DNA of 64,000 nucleotides from Candidatus Omnitrophota bacterium (GTDB lineage: Bacteria; Omnitrophota; Gorgyraeia; 2-01-FULL-45-10), in assembly GCA_030695725.1 (NCBI GenBank), contig JAUYPN010000014.1, positions 2,084 to 66,083 of the forward strand. Reading direction: 5' to 3'. Position 1 is the first letter of the stretch, and every line of letters begins with the position of its first letter. The notes beneath the pieces are model-generated. The model was not told the DNA's origin and searched no databases. It saw only the letters and a program-made list of their open reading frames with translations. The position numbers and the translations under genes were made by a program. Positions 62,500 through 64,000 of this stretch are shown here, piece by piece.

Positions 62500-63144
62500 A
62501 TGAATATAATGATCGTCGGGTGCGGCAGGGTGGGCTCACAGCTGGCGGTCCTTCTCTCTCAGGAAGGGCATAACGTCACTATAATCGATAAGAATGCCGA
62601 TTCGTTCAAGAGGCTCGGCGGGACGTTCAACGGAGTGACGGCCGTCGGTAACGCTTTTGACGAAAAACTGCTGCGCGAACTAAAAATAGATAAACAGGAC
62701 GCTTTCGTTTCGGTCACGAGCGGTGATAATACCAATCTGATGGCGAGCCAGATAGCCAGGAAGATGTTCAAGATCCCCAGGGTGATAGCCCGCGTTTACG
62801 ATCCCGAGAGAGCCGATATTTATAAAAAATTTGACCTCGATATCATAAGCGGGACTATACTAGTGGCGGCCATGATAAGGGACAAGATAATCGAGAACCG
62901 TTTTACAGGGTATCTTATAGAGACCGGGGAGCTCGGAGTAATAGAGATAATTGCGGACAAGAGCCTGGAAGCCAAGCGCGTCAGCGACCTGAACATACCG
63001 AACGAATTCTCGGTCGTAGTCATAGAGAGAAACAAGAAGGTCATAATAACAGAAACGTTTACCAAGATAGAGCTCGGCGATAAGATCATGGGGCTAGTCA
63101 GGACGACGAGCCTTAAGAAGGTTAAACAGATCTTCAAGCTGTAA
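62500..63144 (+). CDS. trkA: TrkA-type K+ transport NAD-binding protein (TrkA-N plus TrkA-C)
   Basis: IMIVGCGRVGSQLA Rossmann motif. C-terminal RCK_C-like segment. Confidence 0.85.
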   Translation: MNIMIVGCGRVGSQLAVLLSQEGHNVTIIDKNADSFKRLGGTFNGVTAVGNAFDEKLLRELKIDKQDAFVSVTSGDNTNLMASQIARKMFKIPRVIARVYDPERADIYKKFDLDIISGTILVAAMIRDKIIENRFTGYLIETGELGVIEIIADKSLEAKRVSDLNIPNEFSVVVIERNKKVIITETFTKIELGDKIMGLVRTTSLKKVKQIFKL

Positions 63145-63163
63145 GTTATATAAGGAGATAACC

Positions 63164-63829
63164 ATGTACATAGTCATCGTTGGAGCGGGGAGGATCGGAT
63201 TCAATCTGGCCCAGAAGCTCATACAGGATAAGCATGCCGTTACCGTGATAGAGAAGGACAAGGCCCGCGCGGAAGGGATATCGCAGAATCTCGATGCTAT
63301 GGTCATACAGGGCGACGGCTGTGAGCCCAGGTACCTGGAGGATGCCCAGGTGCGGCGGGCCGACGTCATCGCCGCGGTCACCGCGGATGACGAAGATAAC
63401 CTTATAGTATGCCAGCTGGCTAAGGAGGTCTTTGGCGTCAGGAGAACGGTCGCCAGGGTCAATAACCCGAGAAATGAGCATGTATTCAATGAACTCGGCG
63501 TGGATGTTCCGGTAAACGCTACTACAATAATCGCGAAGATAATCGAGGAAGAGGTATCATTCGAGGATGTCATAAATCTCATGACCTTCAAGCGCGGGAA
63601 ACTCGCTTTGGTGCGCGTGGACATTACCGACGATTCTCCGACCGTAGGCAGATATGTCAAAGATATAAAGATCCCGGAGAACTCCGTGCTGGTTTCGATA
63701 GTGAGGGGGGAGTCGGTGATAGTTCCCAAGGGAGAGACGATTTTGCAAAAAGGCGATGACGTCATAGCCCTCACTACGATAGAGAACGAACAGCAGCTTC
63801 TCGACCAACTGATGGGCAAGGTAAAATGA
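63164..63829 (+). CDS. trkA: TrkA-type K+ transport NAD-binding protein, second copy
   Basis: IVIVGAGRIGFNLA. C-terminal RCK_C-like segment (LVRVDITDDSPTVGRYVKDI). Confidence 0.85.
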   Translation: MYIVIVGAGRIGFNLAQKLIQDKHAVTVIEKDKARAEGISQNLDAMVIQGDGCEPRYLEDAQVRRADVIAAVTADDEDNLIVCQLAKEVFGVRRTVARVNNPRNEHVFNELGVDVPVNATTIIAKIIEEEVSFEDVINLMTFKRGKLALVRVDITDDSPTVGRYVKDIKIPENSVLVSIVRGESVIVPKGETILQKGDDVIALTTIENEQQLLDQLMGKVK

Positions 63830-63960
63830 GACGCGTAAAGACGCCGTTTAAAACTGTCTGGAACGCTATTTTAGGCATATCGCTCGAGTTGGTACTCGTT
63901 TACGTATTCATTTTCGCGGGTCTGGCGGTATGTTTCGTATGGTGGACCATACTTAAATGA
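63826..63960 (+). CDS. Possible 44-aa single-pass membrane peptide between trkA and the next gene
   Basis: My translation is MRRVKTPFKTVWNAILGISLELVLVYVFIFAGLAVCFVWWTILK. ATGA overlaps at both ends suggest translational coupling. Confidence 0.35.
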   Translation: MRRVKTPFKTVWNAILGISLELVLVYVFIFAGLAVCFVWWTILK

Positions 63961-64000
63961 TCTTAAGACCGCACTTAGACGATTATAAGATAATAGGGTA
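63957..64000 (+). CDS. 5' end of a further ORF (possibly the TrkH/KtrB-type channel subunit), truncated by the window edge
   Basis: MILRPHLDDYKIIG begins with an ATGA overlap. The call rests only on its position after two trkA genes. Confidence 0.25.
   Translation, partial: MILRPHLDDYKIIG

Noticed and set aside
1-64000. Search for tRNA, rRNA, tmRNA, RNase P, SRP RNA, transposase or integrase genes.
   Set aside because: I could not find T-arm/acceptor-like GGTTCGAATCC contexts, conserved RNase P, tmRNA or SRP blocks, or DDE/tyrosine-recombinase-like ORFs by eye. Absence is not proven without covariance-model scans.

Overview
This 64 kb window is a bacterial chromosomal segment. The gene content suggests a strictly anaerobic, uncultivated lineage, but I cannot assign taxonomy from sequence alone. 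About 70 genes are densely packed, and all but one (DUF167, 34728-34946) are on the + strand. I recognised no rRNA, tRNA, CRISPR array, transposase or integrase. Contents from left to right: (1) An apparently AT-richer accessory segment (1-5.7 kb). It holds the 3' part of a large ORF with an orphan CheD-like deamidase domain, a secreted single-HKD PLD/Nuc-like nuclease, a DUF1016/YhcG PD-(D/E)xK nuclease cassette bracketed by 25-bp direct repeats, and a DUF45 metallohydrolase. (2) Housekeeping and stress genes: GYD, TtcA-like, CxxC zinc ribbon, cyclophilin, rubrerythrin. (3) A tightly coupled operon with two 552-aa GH3 amido-synthetase paralogs bracketing an SDR, a GxCxG alpha/beta hydrolase and an MLE-subgroup enolase-superfamily enzyme. 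A GNAT and a radical SAM gene flank it. This is my best candidate for an undescribed small-molecule (N-acyl amino acid conjugate) pathway. (4) NYN RNase, MFS, HemW, MalQ, a REC-GAF-GGDEF-HD-GYP regulator and a MarR-TolC-MFP-RND efflux operon with a PII-like rider. (5) GreA, RumA-type methyltransferase, a thioesterase-NUDIX fusion, Ski2-like helicase, OmpA-LysM and PtsN. (6) A 1705-aa membrane-anchored protein of unknown function with a Tiki/ChaN/TraB-like region, a recently duplicated 126-bp HEAT-like repeat and a possible atypical kinase-like region. (7) A roughly 10 kb Rrf2-headed O2/NO detoxification island: Hcp, NifU-like, rubredoxin (missing from the ORF track), ferredoxins, KorAB, WrbA, flavin reductase, flavodiiron protein, SOR, Grx, TrxR, Ogg. 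(8) A DUF4912-GH57-GH57 glycogen module, then MarC, ExbBD and TrkA x2. Three families of short palindromic repeats are scattered through the window, and several copies sit in frame inside coding sequences. All family calls come from reading motifs by eye, with no database search. Hand-indexed motif coordinates may be off by 1-2 nt.
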